Of a stretch of 64,000 bases of DNA, positions 1 to 11,600 are shown piece by piece; position 1 is the first letter of the stretch; each line of letters starts with the position of its first letter. The notes below the pieces were generated by a model. It was not told where the DNA came from. It worked only from the letters and a program-made list of their open reading frames with translations, and searched no databases. The stretch spans positions 1,642,541 through 1,706,540 of the forward strand of contig OZ037768.1 of assembly GCA_964035545.1 (NCBI GenBank), in the 5' to 3' direction. A program made the translations under genes and the position numbers. The DNA is from Bugula neritina (lineage: Eukaryota > Animalia > Bryozoa).

Positions 1-21
1 ATTTTTGGTTCAGTGCCCATA

Positions 22-937
22 CACTGCGTTTCCATACACTGCGTTTCCATTATCGCATTATGCGAATGGATTTGCTCATTCGCCCTATGGAAACAGTTGC
101 ATCGAAGCAAAACCGCAGCCGGAAATTACACCGAACGGCTCCTTCGATGAAAATTTTCCTTCGCATTATGCGCATCATGGAAATGGTTCCTTCGGTTAAA
201 TCGAATGAAACCTTTTGTGTCGGAGGCAGAGATCAGCACTTGTGGCGGCTAGTTACATAGTTACGCGATGTAAACAATAATTATAAGTTACAACCTACGC
301 TAAAGTGTACTATGACTTTTAAAAATTTAAATTTTTTTATTTATCCTAGCTGCTATTATTTAGAATAATTACTAATCATCTTAAATTTTGTAAAACTTTT
401 CTGCAAGCCAAAGCTTTCTTGAGCTAAAAATAAGTTGACAGCTATTTTCATTTTGAAAATTTAAATTACTTTTAAGCTTTAGTTTATCGATCAAGAAATA
501 CTTTATCATTATGCTTTCATTGGTTTATGTTTTTTTTATTTCAAATAAACTGACTCAAAGTTTGTGTATTTAATTGATTTAATCTATCAAAAATGGGGAC
601 AGAATTAAAAAATTGTCGTTGTGCATGAACTCAAACTCAAAGTTGGCCATATTAATTATAATTTTAGTTCAGCCGTCACAGTTGCAAAGAGAAGATAACT
701 TCGTACGGATTGCATAGGAACGTGTGGTTTTTCCTTCGATGTAATCCGTACGGGCATCCGTACGCATTCATTCGCCTTCATGGAAACGCAGTGATTATCG
801 CATTATGCGAATGGATTTTTTCATTCGGCTAATGGAAACAGTTATATCGAATGAAACCGCAACTATAAGTTAATGCAAACCACAAATAATCCGTACGGGA
901 ATTCGTTCGCATTATGCGCAGTCATGGAAACGCAGTG
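22..937. mobile_element. Nested pair of related non-autonomous TIR elements with CACTG...CAGTG ends (inner 37-793; outer 22-36 plus 794-937)
   Basis: CACTGCGTTTCCAT at 22-35 and 37-50, and its reverse complement ATGGAAACGCAGTG at 780-793 and 924-937. Sequence after 793 (ATTATCGCATTATGCGAATGGATTT...) resumes the same subterminal sequence that follows position 50. CAC-type ends suggest the CACTA/Transib (CMC) group (inference). No clean TSD. Confidence 0.75.
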
Positions 938-1123
938 ATTTACTGACCTTCTATGGTGCCATACCAACGGTGTAACGTTATTATATTTAAATACCGTGTT
1001 GCAGTAGACAAACGCAAGCTTGTAGTCACTGAACTGGAAATAATAACTTTTTCCAGTTCATTGCTTGTAGTAGTTAAAAGTCATTCTGCATGTATCAAAT
1101 AATAGTACTATGATTATCTAGTA

Positions 1124-2218
1124 CAGTGGTTCCCAATTTTTTTTCATACTATTCACCCCCCCTTTCATAAATGCTGACTATTAATTTCCTCCCTTTCGAA
1201 AAGTGAATAAAATGTATGACTGACATAATGTTGATATAATTATGATACAATGCAATATATTTTGTTATATCATATTTGCATATAAAATAATTATCATAAT
1301 AGTTATATCATTGTTGTTATTGTTATGTTATAAAGCACAGAGCTTCATTGCTGAATTGTGAGCCAACTCAGTGAAATCCTTCTGTAATTTCTGAAATCTT
1401 TGAGGGTTGCAATGGGTCACATGTCAAGTTAAGAATCTAGCTCTTTCTTTTTGTGAGGTAGCTCAGAGAAATACCATTAAAACTCCATTAAGAGTTCAAA
1501 GAGATGCTCAGAAGCTTTTTTGAAAAATGATCTGGAACAGGTGGTGTCCGGTAAAAATGGCACAGGTAAAAATGGCACAGGTAATAATGGCACAAATAAA
1601 AAATTAGGTAAAAATTGCATATTTTCAATACTAGGATTAAAGATTTGAGTTGAGAGTTAGGAGTTCAGGATTGAGGGTTTGGGTTTTGGGAAAATTCAAC
1701 ACCAGTGTGCCATTTTTACCTAAAATCGGAACATGCTTTTCTCCTATAAGAGTTCATTGAGTGTGGGGAAAGACACCATGTTGTTGATAGAAACACCACC
1801 ACTATAGTGCAACTTTAAAAACATTGATGCTGCTATGAAAAGCAATGAGATGATGACTGTGCTTCTGTATTTTTAGGTTAGAAATATTTAGTGCAGCAAA
1901 TATATTCATTAGGTAAGTAGTACACAGCTCATCGAGATTGACTTACATGGCTGCTAAAAGTTGGCCTGTTTGTTTTTGCAAATTTTTCGACCTCCATTTG
2001 AAGTAGCACAGAGAGCAGTTAGAGTAGAAACCAACTAAGATTGCAGAATATGGTCTGGTTAAATAGATGAACTAAGATGAAGGTTTATAGATATACATGG
2101 AACTTGCAGGAGCTCAAAAAGCCCTCAACAAACTGCGTAAATTTTTCAAAATTCAAATTCCCCCTAAAATGTCCATATTCCCCCTAGGGAGGAATTCCCC
2201 CCAGGCTGGGAACCACTG
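1124..2218. mobile_element. Non-autonomous hAT (Charlie-like) DNA transposon/MITE
   Basis: TIRs CAGTGGTTCCCA (from 1124) and TGGGAACCACTG (to 2218). Perfect 8-bp target-site duplication ATCTAGTA at 1116-1123 and 2219-2226. An 8-bp TSD and CAGTGGTTCCCA ends are typical of hAT-Charlie elements. Confidence 0.92.
1540..1727 (+). mobile_element. Small element with GGTAAAAATGGCACA tandem/inverted subterminal repeats, nested in the hAT MITE
   Basis: About 3 tandem copies of GGTAAAAATGGCACA from 1550, an inverted copy TGTGCCATTTTTACC at 1706-1720, and flanking GGAACA direct repeats (1534-1539 and 1728-1733). A homologous copy lies in opposite orientation at ~31935-32057. Confidence 0.7.
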
Positions 2219-2607
2219 ATCTAGTAGAAAGGTATATTTTTGAGTTCGTTGGAACCAAAGGGTCAATAGATCACGCTGGTGGAAACATGTTATTGGGTAA
2301 CTAGTGACAGTCTAACTTCTAAGCCCTAAGGCCTAAGCGGCATATCAACCAAGAGTAAGGCACCAACAACTCCAACTACTATGATAAAAAGCAGTTTTCT
2401 GAAGTTGTCTTCTTAGTATAAAATAAAGTTATTTCAAATAACGCATTACACACTTCCGGTTTTCGTAACGACTTTCAATTATCTATGCACTATTTGTTGT
2501 AATTTAACAAAATGAAAATTTATGTATAACTTTTACTTGTAATTAGAATTTACTACCTTCACGCTTGTTTTAGCACAATAAGCCTCTTCTCTTAAATATT
2601 TTCGGCA

Positions 2608-5600
2608 ATGGCTTTTTTACTTCATCCTAATAATACTGCAAGTGACAGAGACTCTCCAGCTGCTGTTGAAGGACATCAAAATGAAAATTTGCTCGTATTT
2701 GGCTACCACTGCAAACTATTTCGAGATGATGATAAAGCATTAGAAATTGATGCCGGAGCACACTTGATACCATGGATGGGAGATGAGAGCCTGAAGATTG
2801 ACAGGTCGGTGGAAAGTTGATCTGATGCGCTCCCATTAGCATAATCATAATGATTATGTATCAGATTCAGTCTCAGATAAACTCATAATCATGTTTATTT
2901 TAGTTGTCTTCACTTTCAGTCTGCGTCTTTACCGTGACGTTGAAGATGTCAAACTCAAACTGAAATTTAAATTCTAATTGAAATATTATTAAAGTAAAGG
3001 TCGCGAAAACTGACAAGTCAATATGGACAGTAACTCAAAAGCTGTCAGATTTATAAGATACTCACTCAGTCACTCTCATTCTGGTTCGTGAACCAAAGAT
3101 GACGGTCACAGTGACTCTCAGAACATTGTTGATTCTGTCAAAGTTATAAGCTCATCATTTGATAGTTACTGAGTACTTCAACTTCTAGTATTGGCTAAAA
3201 TACACTAGTTATATGTGTGACACCTAGCTCACCAAACTCTGAAGATGACATTTTGATTTGAATGTAAATGATAAGCTGAAAATGGGATCAAATTTTAAAG
3301 CCAGGTCTAATGGCAGACGCCGAGCTTATATATAACTGAGATAACATCTAGTAAAAAACCTATTCATTTGAAATACAATTATGCTTATTTCCCCACAAAT
3401 TTTATTTACAGCAGTTCAAATTGTAATTCAATTTTTGAACATTGGTAACAAGATCTTTTTTCTTTGGGCATCAGTTTATCACCAGTAAGAGAGTAAATTA
3501 AGAATTTTTTGTCATACTAAATATCTTTTTAGCTGTAAGTTGAATTCTATATCAGAATTTTTTGAAAATTTATTTCCGTTTGAAAGAAGAAGGTGAGCAA
3601 AGTAACTGTGCAACGGCACGGTGCATAGGTTGTCAAAGGAGCCCTTACTAATCTCTTTCAATTAGTTTACTACCATCAGGTCCGATTGCAATTGATGAGT
3701 GCTGCCACAATATCTCATCTATTAAAGAATATTGTGGGTTTCTTGCCCACGCTAGCAATCTTTACCGGCTCTGTCCGGTTTGCTGCACAGATTGGAGTTG
3801 GCTTGGTGGACGGCTGAACACGTAAAATGGGTAATGTAAAGATTGATTACGTACAGTGAGGCAGCTTTCAGTTGTCTGACATACTTATATTTGTCTATTA
3901 CTCATTTGTCTGGTTATGAATCATTTTTAGTTATAGTTCCTGCACTCTTGCTGTTCCTAACTATACAGGTTATACTGTTTGAACTGTAAAATAACTTATA
4001 AATATGTATTATTAATCTGCTTGTACTTTGCATACAATAACTGGGGTGTGTTTGGTTGTGCAGGTATGATGGGCGTGGTCACTTGTTTGACCTTGAACCT
4101 TACGACGCTGACAACGTACGAGATAGTGAGCTGAGTAGTGAGGAGATACGAATTGAAAGACTGTGTGAGGAAGAGCGCTACTTGGAGCTGCACACAGATC
4201 TGGCAGAGAAGGCTATCCAGGAAGGTACGTCGTGTCACAGTATTTTATAACTCTGTCTCTTGTAGTTACTGGAGTGTCCCTTGTTCAGTTGCCTGCATCT
4301 ACGTGGTCTCTTCCACTCTTTCTTTAAATCCCTTTCTTCTCCCCCCCCCCCATCCCCTCTATTCCCTTCCCCCCTTTCTCTCTCAATAGCTCTCGCTCCT
4401 TTCTTTTCCTCCCCCCTTTCTCTCCCTCTCTTTCTCTCTCTATATATATATATCTCTCTCTTTCTCTCCTGCTGATGCAAATAGTTGATTTACAATCCAC
4501 CTGAAAGTATTTTCAAAGTTGATTTGGATGAGAAATGAGCTAGTGAGTAGATAGTAGATGCATCTTCTTAGTGATCACATATATCTAAGAAGGCATACAG
4601 CTGGTTTATGTTGTTTCAGAGGAAGAGATTAAAAGACTGAACATGGAGTTGGCAGAGTCTGGAGGTTATCAAGCCGTAGGTTTCAGCTACGACCAGCCCA
4701 GCGCTACAGCAACTAGCGATGAACCGAGCGGTGAGTGAGAGATGCCTACAGCTCATCTCTACGTTTCTGTCTGTTAATTCTGACATGTGAAATGTTTGTA
4801 AAGTATTTTCGTCTTTTAAATAATTTGTGAAAACTTTTACTAATTGATTCAAAGCGTTGGGTTTTACCATGAGTCACGTCGTGTGCCTGTCATGTGACTG
4901 ACATGTTTGTTTTGTGAATTCACCAGGAAACACAACCCCTAAAGAGGAAGAAGATGAGGACTTGGAGTTTATCCCCCCTGCAGAGTTGTGTTTACCTGCA
5001 GCCATGACATACGTAAGTGTATTGTAACAGTGTGTTGGTATTCATGTCACTCAGTCAGGAGTTGTCTGTTCTTCTTGTCTGTAATAAACTGGAAGAGGTT
5101 TAATTTTATGTATAAATCAAATAGAACTGCTTTTAACAGCAAGCATGGTAGATGGACTGTGAGAATGAGTTATTTAACAGTTCTGGGAGTATAATAGGCG
5201 TGACCTTATTATATGATACCACCATGTGTAAGAATATATAAGATTCATAGCAAATCTAATATGCAGCAGTTTGTGGTTTAGATCCTGTTTTAAAGGCATT
5301 AGAAACTTGTTTGAAAGTATTAGATGAGTTCTGTTATGACGCCTCTGTACAGTAAAAGCTGCAAACTTGAGCTAAGAATTGTCAGCAGATTAATATTCGG
5401 GTATCAGTTGCCTGTCTACCTTGTGTTACCTTGTGTCATGTATTGGGAGTTTTCCTCTCCACTCAATGGAATCGCAGCGTATATCTTCTGTATCTCTTCC
5501 CTTAGCCCAAGGGCACTAAACTCAATTCTCTGATTGAGAAGACGGCCAAGTTTGTCAGCTCCCATGGCGGTCAAATGGAGATCATGATTAAGACGAAACA

Positions 5601-8600
5601 GTCCAACAATCCGCAGTTCCAGTTTCTCAACTTTGAGCACCATCTCAACCCGTACTACAAGCACCAGGTGAGTTTTCTATCTTCTAATAACCAGAGCAAA
5701 CAGTGGACAGCTACTCTTGCTGTAAAGATGCTAAGCTGTCAGTTCAAGGGGTGTATTATGGTCAGGGGGTTAATTACTATAGAGATATATTATATTACTA
5801 TAGAGTTATATTATGTTACTATAGAATTATATTATATTACTATATAGAATTATATTATATTACTATAGAGATATATTATGTTACTATAGAGATATATAAT
5901 GTTACTATATAGATATATTATGCTACTATGTAGATATATTATGTTACTATGTAGATATATTATGTTACTATAGAGATATATTATGTTTGTTTTCCATTTC
6001 AGGTGTACATGATAAAGAATGGCAGATATAACCCTGACATACACAACAAACCCCCTCCTCCACCCTCTAATACAAGTAGGTTACCTGACTCCTTACTAGA
6101 CAAGTAGGTTACCTGACTCCTTACTAGACAAGTAGGTTACCTGACTCCTTACTAGACAAGTAGGTTACCTGACTCTTTACTAGACAAGTAGGTTACCTGA
6201 CTCTTTACCAGACAAGTAGGTTACCTGACTCCTTACTAGACAAGTAGGTTACCTGACTCCTTACTAGACAAGTAGGTTACCTGACTCTTTACTAGACAAG
6301 TCTGCTAAATGTCTAGCTAGGTGTTCTTATTCGGTATTCTTAGCAAAAGCTGAAGGCCTACATGTTTTGATACTAGATACGTGTATAAGGAGTTACCTTC
6401 TCTTTGTCATTTTGCTTCAATTAGTTTGTGAGATAACAAAAGTAAATATATACTCAGAGCCATAGCCTAAGTTTCCTTCTTGCTCTCTATAGTCGGGTGG
6501 TTGATCTACTACTCGGGGTTACATGTTTATCTTACTCATGGAGTAGAGTGGATGAGTAACGGAGCTTGTTGTACTCTGCAGTGGATTCTAGTAATGACAG
6601 CGAGGATGAAGGGGACTCCAGTGGATACCTCCACCCGAGTCTACTCGCTGCCAAGACAGCGCCGTCTACCCACCAATCAGAGCTCACCTCCTTGCCTCAC
6701 GTCCAGTACACGCAGTCTCAGCTGGAGAACACCTCCTACGGCAGACTGCTGAAGAAGATCTCCATCAACCAGCCTCTGATGTCTAACAGTCCTCAGCGTA
6801 TCAGCACACCGACCTTCAGGTGACCTTCCTTCACCCTCTACTCGTATACATGTATACACTGTCATAGTACTACCCTGTAGTATAGTGTTACACTACAGTT
6901 TAGTAACGCAGTATTACACTGTAACGTAGTTCTCTTGATTATTGCAACGGGGCATTTAATCGCTGACCAATTAGGAAATATTGTTGTGAATTATTTTACT
7001 CAGCAGCTGCATGACTGATGAATTATAACAGGGGTGGCTCTCTCCAGGGGGTTATTCTGTCATGGCCAACCCCAGTGTTGACTAGTCCTATGAGTAGTGT
7101 GGTTACCAGTTACTAGCACTAGTCAATGTACTGTGAATGGTACTATTACCTAGTTATAGTTATTAGAATAAGGTAACTGGAAATCAAACTCGTACTATGG
7201 GAAGATAACTCTCATAGCTTTCAGTCATAATTATTCTCTGAATTGGAGTGTATTCCACAGTACACGATGTATTCCACAGTACAAGATGTATTCCACAGTA
7301 CACAATGTATTCTACAGTACACGTTGTATTACACAGTACACGATGTATTCCACAGTACACGATGTATTCCACAGTACACAATGTATTCTACAGTACACGT
7401 TGTATTACACAGTACACGATGTATTCCACAGTACACGATGTATTCCACAGTACACGATGTATTCCACAGTACACGATGTATTACATTCATACTCTTTTCA
7501 GTACACATTGATTATTTCTCCTTGTTATTTTCTGCAATAATTCTGCATGTCACATTTTCACTGAGTTCTCATCTGCTTTGGTGTTTGGATGTATACGGAT
7601 CTCTTCAACACAGCTGGTCATGTGATGCGTACGTTCACAATCTCATACCTGGCCGCATCACATGACTCATCCTTTCACATCGTCCTCCGCAATGAATCAA
7701 CCTGACTTCGCTCTGATCATTTATTTCTCATTTGTAACCGAAATAAATTATATTTGGTAATCTGCCTACAAATAAATTTAAATAGCTGAATATTTCAACT
7801 TGAAACGTTTGCTTCCTGTCTGTTAGTCAGCTGGTGATACTGACATGTTTGGTGTTGAGTTATCTACCGGATTACGTGTAGAAGAGGGTGCTGCAGTTAT
7901 ATATCAGATGTGTGCATTCATAGCAGTGACTTGCCAACTCGTTCACATATCTGAGGGAATGATGCGCGTCACTCGAAGAAGACTCGTATTGATTTATTGC
8001 ACGTCGTAGTGGCAGTGTGCCATCACATCGTGTTTGAAGATTACTCCATTTACCAGGTTACCAGGCAATCAATTTGGATTAATTTTGTTTTTCTCTTCAT
8101 TTGACAAACGATTTGTAGTTGTTAAATTTGGGTGTTTTAAGCCAGGTGACATAATTTTTATGTCATTTTAAATTAATTTTAGATTTAATTGGCGATGGCA
8201 ATCGCATTAACCCCCACTTCTCTACAGTCTTTATTCCAACTGTTTTTCCTAAGAAAAATATCTCAGATTTTTCCGTCCAACCCAGTTATAAGGATTCCTT
8301 GTCTGTTATTTATTGAAATTTGTATTTCACGAAGTAATTTCCTCTGTTTCTCTAGTGACACGGATAGCAATAGTCAGCCCGTTGCCAGTGAAGGGGCCGT
8401 ATCAGCCGCCACCCACCAATATGCTCACACAGGGGAGGCCACTGAGGCTAACGGCTACTCGTACAGCGCAGATGCTGCCGCCTACTACTCTAACTATTAT
8501 AATACCTACGATGTGGAGCCAGCCTCTAGCAGGTAAAGTTACCTGCACACTGTCTACCTGCCGTTTGTTTGTCCTTCATTTCTCTGATATACTGATATAC

Positions 8601-11600
8601 TCCAGTCTATGATGTGCTGAACTGTACCACTTTGCGGCATATTGTAGCACTGTGTGATATTGTGTGACATACTGTAGCACTGTGTGACATACTGCAGCAC
8701 TGTGTGATATTGTGTGACATACTGTAGCACTGTGTGACATACTATAGTACTGTGTGACATATTGTCTGACATACTGTAGACCCCCGTCTCCCCCTGCTGA
8801 CGTAAAGCCGCTGATAGACCGGCTAATCAGCTACGTCAAGAAGGACGGTGAAGCGTTTGAGAAGCAAGTTCTGTCACGTAAAGACGACAGGTTTTCCTTC
8901 CTTCAGCCCGGCAGTGATTACTATGATTATTATGTGTGGAGAAAGCATGTGGAGCTGGTAGGTGAACTCTCCTTGCACGTGCTCAGTGAACCTTCTTGTC
9001 CCATGATTACATGTTTACTTTCACAGTTACTCTAATGATACGTACACGCTGTCATTAGAGCTGCAGGTCATGCTGCATAGCCGTGTTCGGTCAGCATTTG
9101 CCCTACTTAATACCAGGAATATTCCAGGGCAGCTATTTGACACCTTTCTAGATGCTAAGAGTTTAGTGTGTGAACATTTGGTTTAGTCTCGGTTTCATAC
9201 CCAGTCTTGTATCGACAGGGGCTAGTAGAAGACAACTCCAAATCAAAAGGAGTGAGTTTCAGCATAAAGCAGAAGGAGCCCGAGGCGAGCTCAATCAGCG
9301 CGAGCCGAGTGGCTCTGCCGGTGGACCCCGAGAGTGATGACGAGGAGGGCAGCAGCACTGCAGGTGACCCTCGCTGACGTAGATATTCAACCTCACTCTC
9401 AGCATTAGGCGTGCTAGATGACATCATCTATATATTATATATATATGTATATCTGTATGTTGTTGCATTCCAAGTGTGTATTTGTAACTTTAGATGGAAG
9501 CCATCCAAGTCACAGCGCGCATACGAGTAACAGTGCTGCAGTAACCGTCTCTCAGTCTAACACCAGCGGCAGGGTGGAGGAGAGACCTCCCCTCTCCGAG
9601 GAGTCTGTGCAGAAGAAGATAGGTGAGAGACATGACTAGTGTGTTACGTGTGCTATATACATGTGTGTGTTATATTTCCTTTGAGGATCAGTATTGTGTG
9701 GCCACACATACTCCAGTTACCCCCCGCCAAGTGTATCATCTTGAAAACTCGTGTTGTTTCAGCCGAGCAGAAACTGAGAGACAAGCTTGCTGCCGCTGCC
9801 AGAGAAAAGATGACGCAGGTGACGCAGAACACCAAGGACAAGTCTCTGCAGGCCGAGCGCAAGCGCAAGGCCGCCATGTTTGTTACGATGTTGAAGTCGA
9901 AACAGAAGAGCTCTGCTGGCGCTCCGACTGCACCCACCTCCGGTAAGTTATCTGTGTCATGTGACGGGTAAGTAGTACGTGTCATGTGACAGGTAAGTAG
10001 TACGTGTCATGTGACAGGTAAGTAGTACGTGTCATGTGACAGGTAAGTAGTATGTGTCATGTGACGGGTACGTTATCTGTGTCATGTGACAGGTAAGTAG
10101 TACGTGTCATGTGACAGGTAAGTAGTATGTGTCATGTGACAGGTCTGGTTGGAAGGTAAGCAGGTGTGCCTATCATTCTGTTGATGGATCAGTTTCCTTG
10201 AACTACTGAATATCACCGACTCTCTAGTCTCACCGTCATGTCATTAACTGTGTGTCTGTCTGTGTGGCGCAGGGCAAGAGTTACCTCCTCCCGACCCTCA
10301 AAGACTCTCCTCCCGAGGCAACTCCTCCCACTCTCAGCGACGTGACCACCACTCTGACGTGTCGTACCGTCTCCATGACAACCAGCACCACAGTCACAGC
10401 AGGTCGATGTCAAGGTCACCTCCATCCGCCTACTCTGTTAAAGTTAACAGGTAAGTAATGCTGTTAAAGTGACTAGGTAAGTGATGCTGTTAAAGTGACT
10501 AGGTAAGTGATGCTGTTAAAGTGACTAGGTAAGTAATGCTGTTAAAGTGACTAGGTAAGTGATGCTGTTAAAGTGACTAGGTAAGTGGTGCTGTTAAAGT
10601 GAATAGGTAAGTAATGCTGTTAAAGTGAATAGGTAAGTGATGCTGTTATAATAAATAGGTAAGTGATGCTGTTAAAGCGAATAGGTAAGTGATGCTGTTA
10701 TGTTGAAGTTCACAGCTTGCTTATGTCGTGTGATCTCATGAATCCTTCACGCCCAAACATTCAGCTCTTTTTGTTGCTTTTTTATATTGTTTTCTATACT
10801 TGCATTATTTGAAAGTTATTTTGTGTCTGCACAAGTTTCACTTTATGAAGAGGGGGGAGGCTGTGTTAACGTTTGATATAGCAGGTGTAGAGAGTCGTAT
10901 GATAGTCGCATGATGGCCAATTTGCAGTGCACTCTGGTGACACTGGTGAGTGAGTGGACTGTGAAAAGGTTTCAGTGCATGACTGCCTGCATCAAGTTCA
11001 GTTTGACCAAAGTTAATTGTTGTGTGAGCGGTGTGCGCGAGTTTAAGGCTATGCCAGTGCAAGCCTCTTCATGCTGGTCCTCATGCAATGATTAATGAAG
11101 TCATTAGAATTTAATGGTTTAGTGACTTTTATGGTGCGTATTAATTACTTTGTGTCCTCACGTTATGTAATTACTGGTGTGTGTCTACCAATGAGTACTG
11201 TGTGCTTATTCTAGGAGCAGGGAGTCTCATTCACGCTCCAGCAGACACAATGACTCATACTCTAGCAGCGGCAGCAGGCACAATGACTCATACTCTAGCA
11301 GCGGCAGCAGACACTCTGGTAGGAGGCGGGCAGACGATAGAAGTCATCATAGTAGGAGACGTCGGTCGCCCTCCCCTACACATTCATCTAAAGCCAAGTC
11401 TAAGCACCGAGTTTCACAGTCTACTGATAGTGTGAATAGAGAGTAAGTGTTGGGGTGTTACCATGGTAACATCCAATGCAGTGTCAGCGGCTTATAGTTT
11501 GCAATTCGTATATTTACATTTGCTATTCTTCCGCATGTCATAATTTTAAAGACACAATTGTTCTATTGTCACAGGTTGGCGCCAGGTTTAGGGACGTCTC

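Noticed and set aside
5-260. Short ORFs 5-199 and 60-260
   Set aside because: They lie inside the TIR element's internally repeated ends, with no transposase or other recognisable motif.
7184-7665. Overlapping repetitive ORFs ([16 protein letters not shown]...)
   Set aside because: Translations of the 19-bp minisatellite in SFSWAP intron 7.
6073-10700. Regular 25-28-bp repeats superficially resembling CRISPR arrays
   Set aside because: They are head-to-tail copies with no unique spacers and no cas genes, inside spliceosomal introns of an animal gene.
10885-10945. Possible 61-nt frameshifting poison exon in SFSWAP intron 13 (GCAG| ... CTG|GTGAGT)
   Set aside because: The pyrimidine tract is poor and there is no independent support; it cannot be distinguished from chance without RNA-seq.
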